From Octopus bimaculoides (taxonomy: Eukaryota): DNA of 50,785 nt. The notes beneath the pieces are model-generated. The model was not told where the DNA came from. It ran no database searches and was given only the letters and a program-made list of their open reading frames with translations. Position numbers and translations under genes: made by a program. Shown piece after piece: positions 50,781 through 50,785 of this stretch. Location: the NCBI RefSeq assembly GCF_001194135.2, contig NC_068990.1:83210110-83260894 (forward strand). The letters run 5' to 3'. Within the stretch, counting starts at the first letter, position 1. Each line of letters begins with the position of its first letter.

Positions 50781-50785
50781 CGACG
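50625..50785. repeat. (GAT)n/(GAC)n microsatellite running to the window end
   Basis: Directly visible. Confidence 0.97.

Noticed and set aside
1-50785. CRISPR array, operon or prokaryotic defence system
   Set aside because: No repeat-spacer arrays or gene-dense regions. The window is eukaryotic repeat-rich intergenic or intronic DNA.

Overview
Repeat-saturated, AT-rich eukaryotic (animal) non-coding DNA from a gapped short-read assembly, with roughly a quarter of the window in N-gaps. The SINE families, extreme microsatellite load and TE repertoire point to an octopus/coleoid cephalopod genome (inference). I found no host gene exon, rRNA, true tRNA, CRISPR array or prokaryotic system that I can support. 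Most listed ORFs are microsatellite translations or span N-gaps. The real coding signals are all transposon relics: two Penelope-like lineages (a young RT-thumb fragment at 4.7 kb; Naiad-type relics at 3.2-4.6 kb, invisible in the ORF track, and at 14.7 kb), L1/Tx1 LINE pieces (ORF2 3' end at 7.2-7.8 kb, ORF1 zinc knuckle at 21.1-21.7 kb), two R4/Dong-type restriction-like-endonuclease LINE fragments (11.4-11.8 kb, 29.1-29.6 kb), two mariner relics and a hAT/Charlie-type MITE. At least four tRNA-derived SINE families (my labels A-D) contribute about 25 copies. The best leads are a Tx1 LINE flanked on both sides by (GATA)n (possible microsatellite-targeting family), a 93-nt pre-miRNA/MITE-like hairpin at 42903-42995, and inverted SINE pairs able to form dsRNA. 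All protein assignments come from manual translation against remembered family motifs, not database searches.
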